This document shows positions 13,314-25,872 of a DNA stretch of 64,000 bases, in pieces. This stretch comes from Chara braunii. Lineage: Eukaryota; Plantae; Charophyceae. A program made the position numbers and the translations under genes. The DNA is taken from positions 364,012 to 428,011 of the forward strand of contig BFEA01000038.1 in NCBI GenBank assembly GCA_003427395.1, given 5' to 3'. Each line of letters begins with the position of its first letter. Positions within the stretch are counted from its first letter, which is position 1. The notes under the pieces are model-generated. The model was not told where the DNA came from. It searched no databases and worked only from the letters and a program-made list of their open reading frames with translations.

Positions 13314-13622
13314 TGTAGCGGACCTCCGGTTGGTCTGTGAGACCAGCCCCTTGGCCTGTTCTCACAGGCCTGTGTTGTATTCGAGGTAGGCCAGTCCACG
13401 CCGGTACCTCTGTCGGTATTAGCCAGTCCAGTCTAGTCCAGTCAGTCCGTTGGGGTATACCCCAGCCAGAGTCTGTACTTTGGGTCATTCTACATTCACA
13501 CAGTTTTGTAGTATGTACGTTGGAGTGTGCGTGGGAGCTGCGCTGTGCCATCTTGCTCCACTCTCATCGTCCATCTCCATCTCTATCCCAGGTGGATCAC
13601 CTCACCCGGTGGGTCCGCCACA
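13314..13622 (+). repeat. 3' LTR of element A (309 bp)
   Basis: TGTAGCGGACC...GGTCCGCCACA terminal inverted repeat; preceded by purine-rich AGGTCGAGGATCG; matches 27239-27534 in reverse. Confidence 0.92.
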
Positions 13623-13636
13623 ATGAGGAAGTCCTC

Positions 13637-13791
13637 CGAATGTACTTTTGCATGTTCTTGCGGAGGATTCAATCTCGTTTTGCACATTTGGAGAGTAGGG
13701 CAACAAGCCTCTTGATTTGCCCTCAATCCACTGCTCTCCAAATGTGCAAAATGAGACTAGATCCTCCACTAGAACATAAAAAAATACATTC
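13637..13791. repeat. Palindromic (fold-back) repeat, member of a dispersed family
   Basis: ~60-bp arms GAATGTAC...TTTTGCACATTTGGAGAG / CTCTCCAAATGTGCAAAA...TACATTC. Related arms at ~16770-16825, 17798-18150, ~54800-54890 and 55298-55457. Confidence 0.7.
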
Positions 13792-13896
13792 GTGGTGTGG
13801 GCATGTGGGGAGCAGTGGAGAAACAACGGATACTTCCTCTAGGCTTGTCGTGAGTGGTGGACCTCTGACAACCAAATAGTCCCTCAGGTAAAATAG

Positions 13897-16740
13897 TTTT
13901 TTTTTTTTTTTTAACATCTGCTAGAGACCTATTATTGGAGGCGATAAGAGCGTCCTCCAATAATAAGCCTCCCAATTAGATGGCTCCAATCTATTGGTGG
14001 GGAGCTACACCTGCTGGAAACCGGGTCCAACATCCCGCTTACAGGAAAACCACGTTGGTGGATGATTGGCATTGGAAAAATCATGAATGATGTTGAGGGA
14101 ATTAGTCCTTCCCTTGGAGAGGTAATCATAACCTCTTCACCCCATGTGGGGGCACCAAATCTAACCTCTTATACTAGCTCTAAAACCTTTAATCCTCATT
14201 GGGGGCTTGCAAGCCAAAAACATTTATCACATGGACGATTACTCATTACCATACCAAAACCCTGGGATCCTGGAACTTGAAGATGGGGAAAAGGGGTCTG
14301 GGAAGTCTGTCAAGTGTCTAAGAGGTATAACTAGATCCACCACTGTTCAATCCCCAAACGTCAGGATGTAGTCTCTACATACTTTATCCTTGTCCTTCTT
14401 CTCAGCCGCTTCCCACTTGACTGCTCCCAATTTCCTCCCTTGAGGACCTTAAAGCCAACATCGAGAGAACTCCTTAATAATTTTTAGAATTTCAGTATGT
14501 GAGTTTAGGTGTTGAATTTTTTCCTTTCTATTTTCCCATTTAGTTTTGATTGTAGTTTGAACTTGTTGTTTGATTGTGTCTGTAAATTGTGGGTCATCCA
14601 ACCTGGCCCCTTCCATTTCAAAGGTACATTTCCTTAGCCAGATAGCCCAAAGTGCTGCTCTTCTTCCCACAATGAACATGTTGTGAGTGAAGTTATCACA
14701 CGATTCTGGTTTCCAAGATTCCAACATAATGGTTTTTCAGTCCCATGGCCATTGGCATTGGGTATCCAATTGTCGCCAAATCCGGTCTCACCATCTCCAA
14801 AGCCAAATAGTTTCTGGGCACTGTAAAAAAATGTGTTCAATAGTCTACCGGAATGGTTCTTGCAGGGAAGGTTGATCTACATAATTTGCACCAAGGGAGT
14901 GTCATTCCCTTTTGTTCCAGAGTAATTTGATCTATCAACCAGTCATTCATAGGAAGACAACGGTGCTCAATTTGGCATTGTAGTGAGGTCACCTTGGCTG
15001 GTTTATCCTTCATAATTTAAAATAACTTAATTGACTTAAACACTTATTCACACAGATTCAGTTGATTCATCCATCTAGTTATCACTCTATCCTTTAAATT
15101 AATTTGTGGCCTCAACATTTTGTATGTGGACTTAAGTGTCAAAGTATGAAGAGCTCTCTGGTACTGGTGACCCTTACAGTCATGTGACGTCCAAACCCAA
15201 TTAATACGGTCTAAGACCATACAAAAAATAAGAGTATCTGGCATGAAAGGCAGCCATGAGATCTTGTGTTTAAGCATCCGAATTCTAAAGATGAGCTGAC
15301 TATCCACCCATTGAACTTCCTCTGTTGGAATAACTGTGTTATCTTGAGCTAATCACGATATGGTAAAAATAACTACTCCATTAGTATTAATTTGTAAGAT
15401 ATTACCAATCGTGTGAAGTTGATTTGTGATAGCTACCTAAACTCCTTATTCCAATTTTTGTTCTTTCCTTAGGATACGGATTCAATCTAAAGGAATTAGT
15501 TCAGTGATTTTTTCTAAGACTTCCCCTGAATGGTGGCAATACCTCAATTGCCTATGCAGATCAGATGGCGAGATCCATTCCTTAGAATCCTCACTCCAAA
15601 TGTCCTTGATGCGTAAAACCCCTCTTTTGACCCTCACTCCAAATGTCCTTGATACATAAAACCCCTCTTTTGACCCATCCTTTCCATGATGAATCCATAC
15701 AATGCAGCACATGCTCTTGCGAGTCTCTGATCCATCAATTGTTGAAAAGGGGTTGCTGACAAACTTTCTCCCATCTTTTTGGAGCAACATTGTCTGGCAA
15801 GGGTAAATTTCTCCATGTCTTTAACAAAATAGTCCAGAAGGGATCTTGCCAAGGTCTATCCTTACCGTCAGACAATCATATCCCATTGGATTTTCTATCC
15901 CTCCTAAGATCTTTCTAGGGATAGATCATGACATGTCATCTAACCATAACAATGGGTCAATGTCATCCAACGTCTCAGATGCGAGGCGTTTGATCTGCTC
16001 TCATGCCAAAGCATTCCAAGGGGTTTGGGGTTAAGGACCAGTCTCTTGATCCACTGGATGGACAAAGTAATTCATTATGTATTCAAGTCAATAATTCTCA
16101 GCCCCCCTTTTACCGTTGTTTGAATCACTGACTGCCATGCCACTCTACTGATAACATTTTTACTCTCATGATTACCCCTCCATAAGAATGTCACCAATTG
16201 CCTCTGAAGCGTCTTGAGAGCAACCTTGTTCATTGCCAAGACTATATTATTAATGACAAAAACATGACCAAAAATTGAGGAATGTTGTCTTGCCATAATT
16301 CTTGTTTCGTGAGGGTCTGTTGGGAAATCCATTAATTATTGGTAGTCAGTTTTCCTTCCACAGTTAAGGATATTCATAAAACTCACACAAGTGTATTCAA
16401 TGGGAGCCATTTAAGCTTTGGCTGCTCTGGGGGACGAACCCCTTGATGGTGAATCCACCAACCCAACGTTTTATTGCCTAGTTAATTTTCATATCAGATA
16501 GGTGACAAAAAATTTCCATCATTTTACGGACTGTTGCTAAATTATGAACCATGAGTGAGAGATCATCTGCAAATAATGAGCAGAGAGGAATTGCGTCCTC
16601 TTAGATGGATGTTACCTGGATACGTTTTATATCCTTGTATTTTCTTATATTAGCAGCTAATGCCTCCATTAGAAAAAAACAATTTATATGATCATATGTT
16701 TTTTCGAAATCAATAAAGATAAAAAATGCATTATGTTTAG
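13897..16740 (-). mobile_element. L1/Tx1-clade LINE ORF2 remnant, 5'-truncated, with poly(A) tail
   Basis: Minus-strand IDFEKTYDHIN (RT), CSLFADDLSL at ~16560, FLWRG...VAWQSV...KGGLRIIDL and IEHIFLQC (C-terminal Zn motif). The T run at 13897-13912 is the likely tail. The QGxPLSP block is deleted. Confidence 0.85.
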
Positions 16741-17734
16741 ATTGACGTGGTACGAGCAGATGAACATTTGCATTTTCTTTAGGAGAATTTAGTTTTATTT
16801 TGCACATTTGGAAAGTAGTGGAACAATGTTGTATAAGGTTTTGTAGGACGTTTTCCTCCCTTTTGCCCGCCAAGTGGCGGGGATGTCTTTTTTTTTTCCC
16901 AACACTTCTCGTTTTCGTTTGTTTTTGTTTTCTTTTCCTTGTCTGCATGGTGTTTTTTTTCCTTTTGTGCCATATACTTTTTTTTTTTCTTTTTCTTTTC
17001 AACGTACTTCTCGTTTTCATTTGCTTTCGTCTTCTTTCCTTGTCTTGCCAATACTGTTGTCGTGAATGTGGAAACACATGCCCACTTACCCTTTTCCTTG
17101 GGCCCAACAACATCTTCTTCCATTGCACTTCAGGACCTTCCCCGACCTGCGTAAGTTGCCACACGCTAACTGGTAAGGGCCGCGACCGATGTATCGGCCA
17201 AGTACTAGTGGTTTAAAGGGCCCAGTGCAAAAGGCTAATATTATCAAGCAAATAGATAAGATTGGGGTCCTCACAGTCTATCCAGAAACCATCCAAATAT
17301 TGAGTCCGCTTCCCATCACGTGCTGCTCTCCTATATCGTTTTTTTATAAAATTTGCGTTATGCCTCTCAAAGTTAAGTTGCATGCCAAAATGACCCTAGA
17401 AGATGTGGGTAGGGCGGAATGCCCTTTTGGACTGAAATCTTTGTGATATGCCCCTGTGAGGCCAGAGAACAAATTTTCAGTCCGCACCTCTTCGTTAGGG
17501 TCTGGGCCTGCATCCTGTTTTACTCGGTTTGCCCCTCCCTACAATGCAGACAACTTTGTAGAATACCCAGACTCTAGACACGACAATCTAGGACTTCGAA
17601 TTAAAACATTTGGATGAATTCAAACATCTGAACGTAGCTCGAGGTTGTCAGCCTCACATTGGATTCGCCTCGATCCTTGTAAGTTCCTTTATCGTTGTCC
17701 TCCTCCTCCCTCGTCATGCTTCCAAGGTCTCCTC

Positions 17735-17736
<2 letters not shown>

Positions 17737-17776
<40 letters not shown>
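17737..17776. repeat. (GT)n microsatellite
   Basis: Direct read. Confidence 0.95.
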
Positions 17777-17779
<3 letters not shown>

Positions 17780-18999
17780 GAGAGTAAGAGATATAGTTGT
17801 GTATCTTCCCATGTTCTCGCAAGACATTCGTTCTCGTTTTACACCTGTTTGGGATCACGATTTTGATCCTAATAGGAAGAGAATGAATCTGCCGCTAAAA
17901 CATGGGAAGATACACTACCATTTTTTGACTTTCGTATATAGAAAAAAATGGTGGCATATCTTCCCATGATCTAGCGAGAGATCCGTTCTCATTTTTCATG
18001 CGGTGCACTTAGATGGGGTAATCCCAACAGCAAGAGAATGAATCTGCCGCTGAACCATGAGAAGATACAGAACCATTTTTTTTGTCTTTCTTACACAAAA
18101 GATATGACGGTGTATCTTCTCATGTTATGGCAGGAGGGTCGATCTCATTTTGCATGCTCTCTCTCCCTCTCGCATACACACACACACACACAATCAGTTT
18201 TATGCATGTTTGTCTTCCTCCTGTCGTTTGTGTTCCTCTTATTTTTCTTAAGTACTTTTCAAGTGTCGAGTTGAGCACCCTTAAGTAGTGCCAAATAGTC
18301 AGTTATTCCTCGTCTGGAGTGCCTACAACACTCTTAGGGGGGGGGAGGGGGGCTCGGTTCGGGATGTTTGTGTCGCCTGTGGATGATGACGGATGCTAAT
18401 CGGAGTGACTCCGTCCCAGCTTAGTGGGTGGTGGGAACCAACAATCTGCGAGGTTCACCCGTGATGTGAGTAGGTGATGTTCCGCTTTGCGTCGTGTTGG
18501 ATGTTTGGACTGCCTTGTCTATACTCCCCTGCTACCTTGTTGCCCGCTCTACTTGCTTCGCAGGTCGTTCTCGGCCAACTGTTGTCTTTGCTATGTGGTG
18601 TGGCCGTGTGGTTGGTGTTGCCTTGCGCTTCGTTGCTTTGCTGCTTTGCTTCCCTTCCGCTGGTTGTGTCTTCTATGTCCTTCGTCTGCATACCTTGTAG
18701 TTCAGTTGCCTTTGCTTCACACATGGTTTTTGTGCTGCTTGTTGTACTGCTTGTCCGCTTGCCGTGCCGTCCCTTACAGTATCGTTGCCTTGGTGTTGTT
18801 GTTGTGTACTTCATTTCGTGCAGTGAGTGTCGTGTCATTCCTTGTAGTCGTTTTGACGTTGTGTAGTCGTGTTGCCTCTACTGCGTTGCCTGGTGCTCCG
18901 CAGGGTTGCTGCTCCCTGCTATGTTCCGCTTGGGGACAGTCCGCCTTGAATATGGGTCAAAAGGCTCATGACCCAAACCATCAAATACAGAGATTTCGC

Positions 19000-19055
19000 A
19001 GATTGTCAAGGGTTCAACTTCCTGATGAGTCAATGCAATTCCGACGAAACAATCT
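19000..19055 (+). ncRNA. Type III hammerhead ribozyme motif (core intact, stems I/II weakened)
   Basis: AGATT-GTC | AAGG gttcaa CTTC | CTGATGA | GTC aatgcaattcc GAC | GAAA | CAATCT. Stem III AGATTGT/ACAATCT is open-ended. Predicted cleavage after C19007. Confidence 0.8.
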
Positions 19056-19326
19056 ATCATCCGTTTTTTTTTTTTTTTTTTTTCACTTCGTATTTTTTAA
19101 TCCTTTCTTTTTTTGTTTGTCTGTTGTTCTTCGGTCTGGCTTTTCGTTCGTTGGCCTTGTGTAGTTTGTTTGCCCACCTGCTTCCCCCATGCCCTCCAGC
19201 CTGTATCCTTTGCTTCACTGTCTTCCATGCCACACTGTGCTGTATCATTTGTCTACCTTTTGGTCTTGCGCTCGTAATTTTTCTTTTTGCCTTTTTACTT
19301 CAAGTGGAGCTGTAACGTTACTTTAA

Positions 19327-19478
19327 ACCACCAGTACTTCCTAAAGTTGAACCCTTTAACAAGCCATAATTTTAGGAAACATACGGGCCACTGTAGGAGC
19401 GCCCAAATTCATACGACTAAAAACATTTCTACCCTTTTATTTTTTTTGCGGCTGATAGTTGGGTCCAGTATTGGTGGC
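19327..19478. mobile_element. ~152-bp MITE with TIR ACCACCAGTACT, flanked by TTAA
   Basis: TTAA-ACCACCAGTAC...GTATTGGTGGC-TTAA. Second full copy at 55772-55925. Confidence 0.8.
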
Positions 19479-21351
19479 TTAAGGATTGTCTGTCAACTTG
19501 ACTCACTGAGATGCATGTTTCCTTTTGAGATATTGTGTCGAGATGGTGCACAGTCTTTGTGTCGAGGATATGCTCCATGAGTTTCACACACATCATCATA
19601 CACACACACGCACACACACACACACGGACCTCGTACGAACCAAATCCCCCTCTTGTCACGATAACTCATTGAACTTCCAATTTAACGATGGCAGACTGAT
19701 CTGCATTGGTGGTGTTAATTTGTGTTTCATTTCTTGCTTTATGGATGCGTGCATATTCTTCCTTTTACTATGTGAATAAATTTGCATTCTCATCAATCAA
19801 AGGAGGAGAAGAGAGGCAACAAAGGCGGGGGGAGGGGGGGGTGTGGGAGAGGGATGAATAAAGGCAGGAGGAGAGAGGTATGGGCATGTAGAAGGGCGTG
19901 GAGTAGGAACAAGAATTGGGTCCAACGGCCAGCCAAGTGCATTGAAAAGATGACGTAGGCGGGTAGGGGTACACTGAAAATTTACTGCCCCCCCTGGAAA
20001 TTGGCACGTACGATGGTATTCTGAAAAGTTGGACCGGTACCCGGTAGGGGTGTATTGCAAAGATATCCGGTCCAATTGACGTGAAGGGCATTTTTCAAAG
20101 ATTTTTAATTGTCGGAAGAGTATTCCACTCTATCTACATCTTTTAGGGACATTTTGACATATATCTCAAATTAGAGGCGTATAACGCAAATTTTCGCTTA
20201 TTTTGTTTGTGGAAAAAAAATGTGACAATCTTGAGATATGATCAGCGTTTAAATCGCCAGTTCACCCGAACCTAAGTTGACGAAGCCACCTTCCAAGGCT
20301 TAGGAACTTGCAATTGCGCCTTTTCAAAGTGGTTTGTCTCTTTGGCTATCAACTCAAGCCTACGGTAACGAGCACTACTTAGGTTCATGTGAATTGTTTG
20401 TTAGAAGGGAAAAAAAAATATTTTGTTTAGTCTGAAAGAACGATGTTATTATTTTATTTTTTCTATAAGGCTAATTCTTTTGACTTAAAAAAAAAAATTG
20501 AAAAGTCTAGATTGTAGTAGACCTTGGATGGTAGGCCTCGGGAGGTGTCTGTCGTTGTACTCAACCAGTGGGGAGATCAGATGGCTTGTGACAGCCCCAA
20601 GGCCAATCTCTTCCTGGGGGCATCATTCTTGAACTTTTTTTTTTTTCCAAGTCGAGCCGTATAACGATGCGACCCAGACCTTGTCTCTAGACCTAGACCT
20701 ACACCAACCCACGTCTTTCGGGGACCTCGGACGAGTGAATTCTCCTGGGAGCTACCATAGGGACACCCCGAATTCTTGAGGACGACCCAGACATAGGAGG
20801 GGTCACATATATGTGGGCATTCCCCACCTGTATCACATCTAGCAAACTCTATGGGTGTCTACCACCCTTCTACTATCAATGCGACAACCCACCCTCCCCG
20901 GCGTAAGATGACACCCCTACTAAGAGACCTTCCCCAAATTCACGCCCCAATCAACCTCCTCAATGGGAATGCAGACAGGTACCAGCCTGGATGAAGCCCA
21001 GTCCCCGAGCATCGTAAGATAGACACGAGGTCCTCCCTTGGGAATCGTATATACCTACCCCTACCACTACTCAAGGGGGGTGTAGAGAGTGGGGCCGGAC
21101 CGCGACCAGAATCGTACAATGTAAGTATGGACACTCGCTGTTGTACCATGAGGTTGGGAAACTACCATGGTACCCAGTCACACCCATGACACACCAACAA
21201 AGCAGTGCATATGAACGAGATGGTGCAAACAGACAAACCCATAATCTCTACACAAATTCCTATCAAGCCTGGACCTAAGACCCTTACCCAACCTAAATAG
21301 TCTACCCCATCCATGGTAAGTACACGAGACATGACCCAGAGATCATCGGAC

Positions 21352-21368
21352 CGCACACACACACGCAC

Positions 21369-21445
<77 letters not shown>

Positions 21446-21460
21446 CACAGACACACACAT
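21352..21460. repeat. (CA)n microsatellite
   Basis: Direct read. Confidence 0.95.
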
Positions 21461-22580
21461 ACATAGACTCGTCAGACCACCCCAAGGCTAAGCACTCAAA
21501 CAACCCTCCCCCCAAGGCCTGCTACCAACATACTACGACCATGGACTAACGCCTTTGGGTGGTGCGCACATAGTGTCTGTAATAGTACCATGTGTCAGCC
21601 CAAGGGGGATGTGCGAATGACAGTACATTAGTCGGCGCCAGTTGGTGGCCTATGCGCAAAAAATGTAGGCCTAAATATTTCAGCATGCGCCCTAATACCA
21701 CAATGCACATTTCTAACAAGTGCTCTAACCACTGAGCTGCTGCCCATTCGCTCTTTTAATAGTTTCATGATTATGTTTTTTTTTTTCTTTTCTTTTCCTT
21801 ATGAGTGGACAACTATATAACTATTTGTCACAACCCCTCGTTTGTTGTCCTCGTCTACCTCTCAGCCTACAGTGTACCGGGCAACTTTGTTTGATGATAT
21901 ATCACAGCCAGACAATTCTATCGACAATGGGTGCCTCGGTAAGCGCCTTGCTCCGCTACTCATTAAACTTGAATGAGCAAAATGAGAACGAATCTCCCAC
22001 TAAAACATGGACAGATACACCGCCATACTTTACATTGGTGAATATTGAAAGACGAAAGATTAACAGTCTCTCTTTCTCCCCCCTCCCCCCTCGTGAGCAA
22101 TATCGATTTCCCCGAGCACAACCTTATTTTTGTTGCAGCTGACCAGAAATATAGTTTGTATAAATTCCTTATCAGGGTGCGTTATTTTTGGGGGAAGACG
22201 ACAGGGGCAATATTTTGTGGACAGATCGAACAATGGGTGGGGGCAGGATAGTGTGGCAGGAGGGAAAATCGACTTTAGGGTTTCAATTTTTTATGTGGGC
22301 GGTGGGCGAACAACATGGGGCCCATGCTTCAAGGCACCCGGCATCCTCCGGGGCGCGCGTCCACACCTTGAGTGGTATATCAGTGGTGTGTGGGAGGATG
22401 TTGGCCTTTGACACTGCTATTACTTGATAGGGGTGGGGGAAAACGAAAAGGCAGTCGCAACTATTGACAAATGCTCGGTTTTGTGTTGGTCGGGTCCCCA
22501 ATGGCAACCCCAACCCTGCACCCCAAACCACTACTACCTTTTTACTCCGAACATGACATACATGCGTTATATTCGAGTTT

Positions 22581-22584
<4 letters not shown>

Positions 22585-22656
<72 letters not shown>
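22585..22656. repeat. (TA)n microsatellite inside a small inverted-repeat element (~22530-22797)
   Basis: TA run. Flanks TTACTCCGAACAT / ATATTCGGGGGTAG are imperfectly inverted. Confidence 0.85.
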
Positions 22657-22658
<2 letters not shown>

Positions 22659-22993
22659 AATAGAACCCAAATGCGTTGTCTTCAAAATTTAGGGTTATTT
22701 AGATAGAACGCATATGCGCTATATTGGAATAAAACACACCCTATGTGTTGTATTCGTTTAAAATGTACATGCGTTATATTCGGGGGTAGAAGTTAGGATA
22801 AGGGGCAAACATACACTGTGTTGGCTAAAAGAAAAAGCAACATTTCTACTCAATCGTAAGACAGTTGTCGTACCCCGCCTTAAGTCGCCAGTATACAAGC
22901 CCTGACCTTGCTGAAAATGAGGTTGTTGCTCATCCAACAATTTTGTGCCTCTAAGCCTACCGGACCACAGTGGCTAGCAACGCTAGTTAAAAC

Positions 22994-23392
22994 GAGAGAT
23001 GGTTAATTGAAACCAAAATTTTGGGTTTTTCATCATATCACCACAAGCAATGTCGACGAAAATTTCGCTAACAAACAATGCACGCTCATAATACAAACGT
23101 AAAAAAAAAAAAAAACAGGCAAGAAAGAAAGAAAAAAACTCAAAAGCATTATAATACCCAATTCGGAGTAGTTTTCAGAGTTCGCTAAGTTTTTATCCGG
23201 ATTCCGTGTTTTTACCAACTTTTTCATCGAAAAAAGAAGAAAGAAATTGAATCCAAATACGTCGAAACTCAATACAGATATACCCTAAAACACATATAAA
23301 TCACATACGGAAAAAAAAAAAAACAATTCAGTGAAATATGACAGTTTCGATGAAAATTTATCCAAAATCGACGTACCTATTAACCATTAGTG
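22994..23392 (-). mobile_element. Non-autonomous transposon, family Y copy 1 (~400 bp), 8-bp TSD GTTAAAAC/GTAAAAAA
   Basis: Ends GAGAGATGGTTAAT...ATTAACCATTAGTG. Reverse-complement homolog at 58834-59272. Confidence 0.75.
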
Positions 23393-23709
23393 GTAAAAAA
23401 ATAAAGAAGTCTGACACTGGCCATTCGACAAAGCTTGACGAACAATGGAGAACCTACAGGCCCAGATGTACTAAATGTTTAACCTCACTTTGAACGAGTC
23501 ATAAATTAAATCCCGAAGGATAAAGTGCCCATAGTATATCTTCAACATAATTGCCCATTGTTCATGTGTAGGTCTTCGAGATGATATTTGAGTTGCTATG
23601 ACAAACAAGTCCAAGAGAGCAGTTATTTATTTATTTATTTAATTCACATTATTTTCATAGAGTTTATTCTTTAGATGTTCATAAGGATTCATATTCCACT
23701 CTGTATTTC

Positions 23710-24912
23710 TGCAATAACCCATGCCATATGTCTCGTAGAATGTCTGAAGGTCTACTTTGCCGCCCTCAGCCCAGACCAAAATGGGGGAAAAAGAACCCAC
23801 ACGAATATTCATGGTCTGGACGTGAGACAATTGACTTTTCTCAATTGTCATGACACCAACAGTCAAAGTCCAAAGGTACCCAGCCCAGACCGCCGGTCAA
23901 GCACACACACTTGCTTGTATGCAGGTACCCAAACAACATCAGGTTCAAGGGGAAGTCTGTAACTATACACAATCAAGACCCTCAATCGTGAGGCAATCTG
24001 GACGACTGAGGGAACAGGACTCGAGGCCAGACAACCTCGTCAAATGTTACTTAAGCCTAGCCTCGAGATGGTCAGCATTCAGTCTTGCTATGCTGCTTGG
24101 ATGTTGGCTTGACTTCAACTAGACGTTGGCGAGACGCTAGCTGAACGCCAGCACTGTGGGCGACGACGACGGCATGTTGGCGTTCTTTGCATTATGCGCA
24201 GACATGCTGATGTAGCGCTGCCTCTGGTCCACATTGGATGTTGATGTGGCGCTGCCTCGAGAGAAGGTTAACAACAGTCGTATTTTTCATCACCACTTCA
24301 AGACACCCTTCACCACTTCAGGATGCAGCCTGCCTAAACAGGTGGTTTTCAGGGTCTTCGGACCTTTCACTGCTTCAAGACCATTTATGATTTTTATTCC
24401 TGACTTTTCAGCTACCCGTTAACCGCTTATGGCTGCCTCTAGTCTACATTGCATGCTGATCTAGCGCTGCCTCTGGTCTATATAGCATGCTGATATGGCG
24501 CTACCTCTGGTCTACATTGCATGTTGATGTGGCTGTGCCTCTGGTCTACATAGCATGTTGATGTGGCGCTGCCTCTGGTCTACATTGCATGCTGATGTGG
24601 CACTGCCTCTGGTCTACATTGCATGCCGATGGCGCTGCCACTGTTTTTTATTCATGATGTGGCGCTCACCACCTGTCTCAACTGCTGACGTGCTATTGTC
24701 CATGATGTCTACATGAGGTGACTGGTTGCGCGAAGGAGGGAGATCGGGATCTTTGGATGATTGGGATCGGGTACTCATATGAGGTTGACATCGTCAGTGT
24801 AATCTGTTGTGTCTTCATGGTCTTCACAAGATAAATTGAAGACTATGCTGCAGATACCGAGACCACTGGTGTTTGACGACTGTTGAGTATCTACTAGACT
24901 GGGTCCATTACA
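23710..24912 (+). repeat. 5' LTR of element C, with a 34-bp minisatellite and a family X insertion
   Basis: Matches 41490-42493. Tandem unit CATGCTGATGTGGCGCTGCCTCTGGTCTACATTG at ~24200-24640. Confidence 0.93.
24259..24431 (-). mobile_element. Non-autonomous transposon, family X copy 2 (173 bp), perfect 8-bp TSD GCTGCCTC
   Basis: GAGAGAAGGTTAAC...GTTAACCGCTTATG. TSD at 24251-24258 and 24432-24439. Absent from the 3' LTR. Confidence 0.92.
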
Positions 24913-24915
24913 ATT

Positions 24916-24927
24916 TGGTATCGGAGC
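24916..24927 (+). promoter_or_regulatory. Primer-binding site, tRNA-iMet type
   Basis: TGGTATCGGAGC 3 nt after the LTR end, one mismatch from canonical TGGTATCAGAGC. Confidence 0.88.
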
Positions 24928-25872
24928 TAACTCCTTCATCACAATCTGTTGTCTGCTGTAAGGTGCTGACGTGGCACCCAGGTAAGTGGGAGGTGCCGCA
25001 TGTACAAAACGAAACACATTTATTAACGCGCGCGGTAATACCGCAGGTCTAGACATTGTTGTATTGCATGTGCGAGCAGTTATCCCTTGAAGATGATGAC
25101 GTAGATGCACCGAAGACTTCAAGATACCAGCAATAGCTCCGTTGGCAACAGGTTGGGCATGGTCTGACGTGGCACGTACCTGTGATGTTATTACCTGCTA
25201 TTGATGCGCTGACATGGCATGCCAATGTTGAGTATGTGGCAGACCTGCACTGCTGACGTGGCATCCCTCCTTGTAGACCTTGCTGGTCCTTGACGCTGAC
25301 ATGACAGAACTGCTGCGTTGGCATCCCAGTGGTGACACGTGGCATGCATACAGGCTGCTGAGGGTGTGAGTGTGCACTTGGGTTGCATTGATGCTGCAGA
25401 TGGTATAGTCGAAAGAGGAAGGAAGCTAACCATTGATTGGTTGTTGTGTTGACTTTTTATTCACTTGTTGATTGTATATCGTTGTTGTGTATACTTACAA
25501 GTGTGTTGTTGTCTCAATCACACTGGTCGTGGTTGCAGTACCTGTACATTACTGTAGGACGTCATCACATGAAAACATACAACAAAGTTAGATTAGGAAA
25601 TTGATTCGGAACCTGCTTCTTTGTATTTGCCTTGCTTACTTCTTATTGTAGGAGTTGCGTGTGCCGTGAAATTTATTATTGTCTTCCGATTTTGTTTATT
25701 GTGAGGCATCTACACGCTGGTTAAAATGAATTTCCTTTGGAATTGTTTGCGTGTGACCATCTTGACGCGATTCATTCCTCTTGTTTTCTTCCCTATCCCT
25801 CTCATAGTCTATGTCGATGAAGAAGGGGGGGAACTAAAGACTTGAGGCCAAATTGAAACGAGAAAACAGACT

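Larger units (their letters stand above)
6230..13622 (+). mobile_element. Ty3/Gypsy chromovirus LTR retrotransposon A, 5'-truncated and decayed
   Basis: gag-PR-RT-RH-INT-chromodomain order followed by 3'UTR and LTR. Colinear with element B (27239-37538, -). Homology to B begins abruptly at ~6230. Confidence 0.95.
18192..19600 (+). mobile_element. Hammerhead-bearing non-coding repeat unit bounded by (CA)n tracts
   Basis: Starts (CA)n-ATCA and ends TTTCACACACATCATCA-(CA)n. Blocks TAGTGCCAAAYAGTC, TGTGAGTAGGTG, TGGACTGCCTTGTC and CATGACCCAA recur in the same order at ~60490-62190 and 62257-63400. Confidence 0.75.
17348..20194. mobile_element. Putative non-autonomous DNA transposon with ~110-bp terminal inverted repeats (Mutator-like), carrying nested repeats
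   Basis: 17348-17455 (AAAATTTGCGTTATGCCTC...ATGCCCCT) is the diverged reverse complement of 20086-20194. The TSD is not convincingly preserved. Confidence 0.55.

Noticed and set aside
16601-17216. Lys-rich or Phe-rich ORFs
   Set aside because: Produced by T-rich low-complexity DNA; only the last ~50 codons of the minus ORF belong to the LINE RT.
21715-21745. tRNA gene or SINE head (minus strand GGGCAGCAGCTCAGTGGTTAGAGCAC)
   Set aside because: A-box/D-arm-like half only, with no B-box or acceptor-stem partner; at most a SINE relic.
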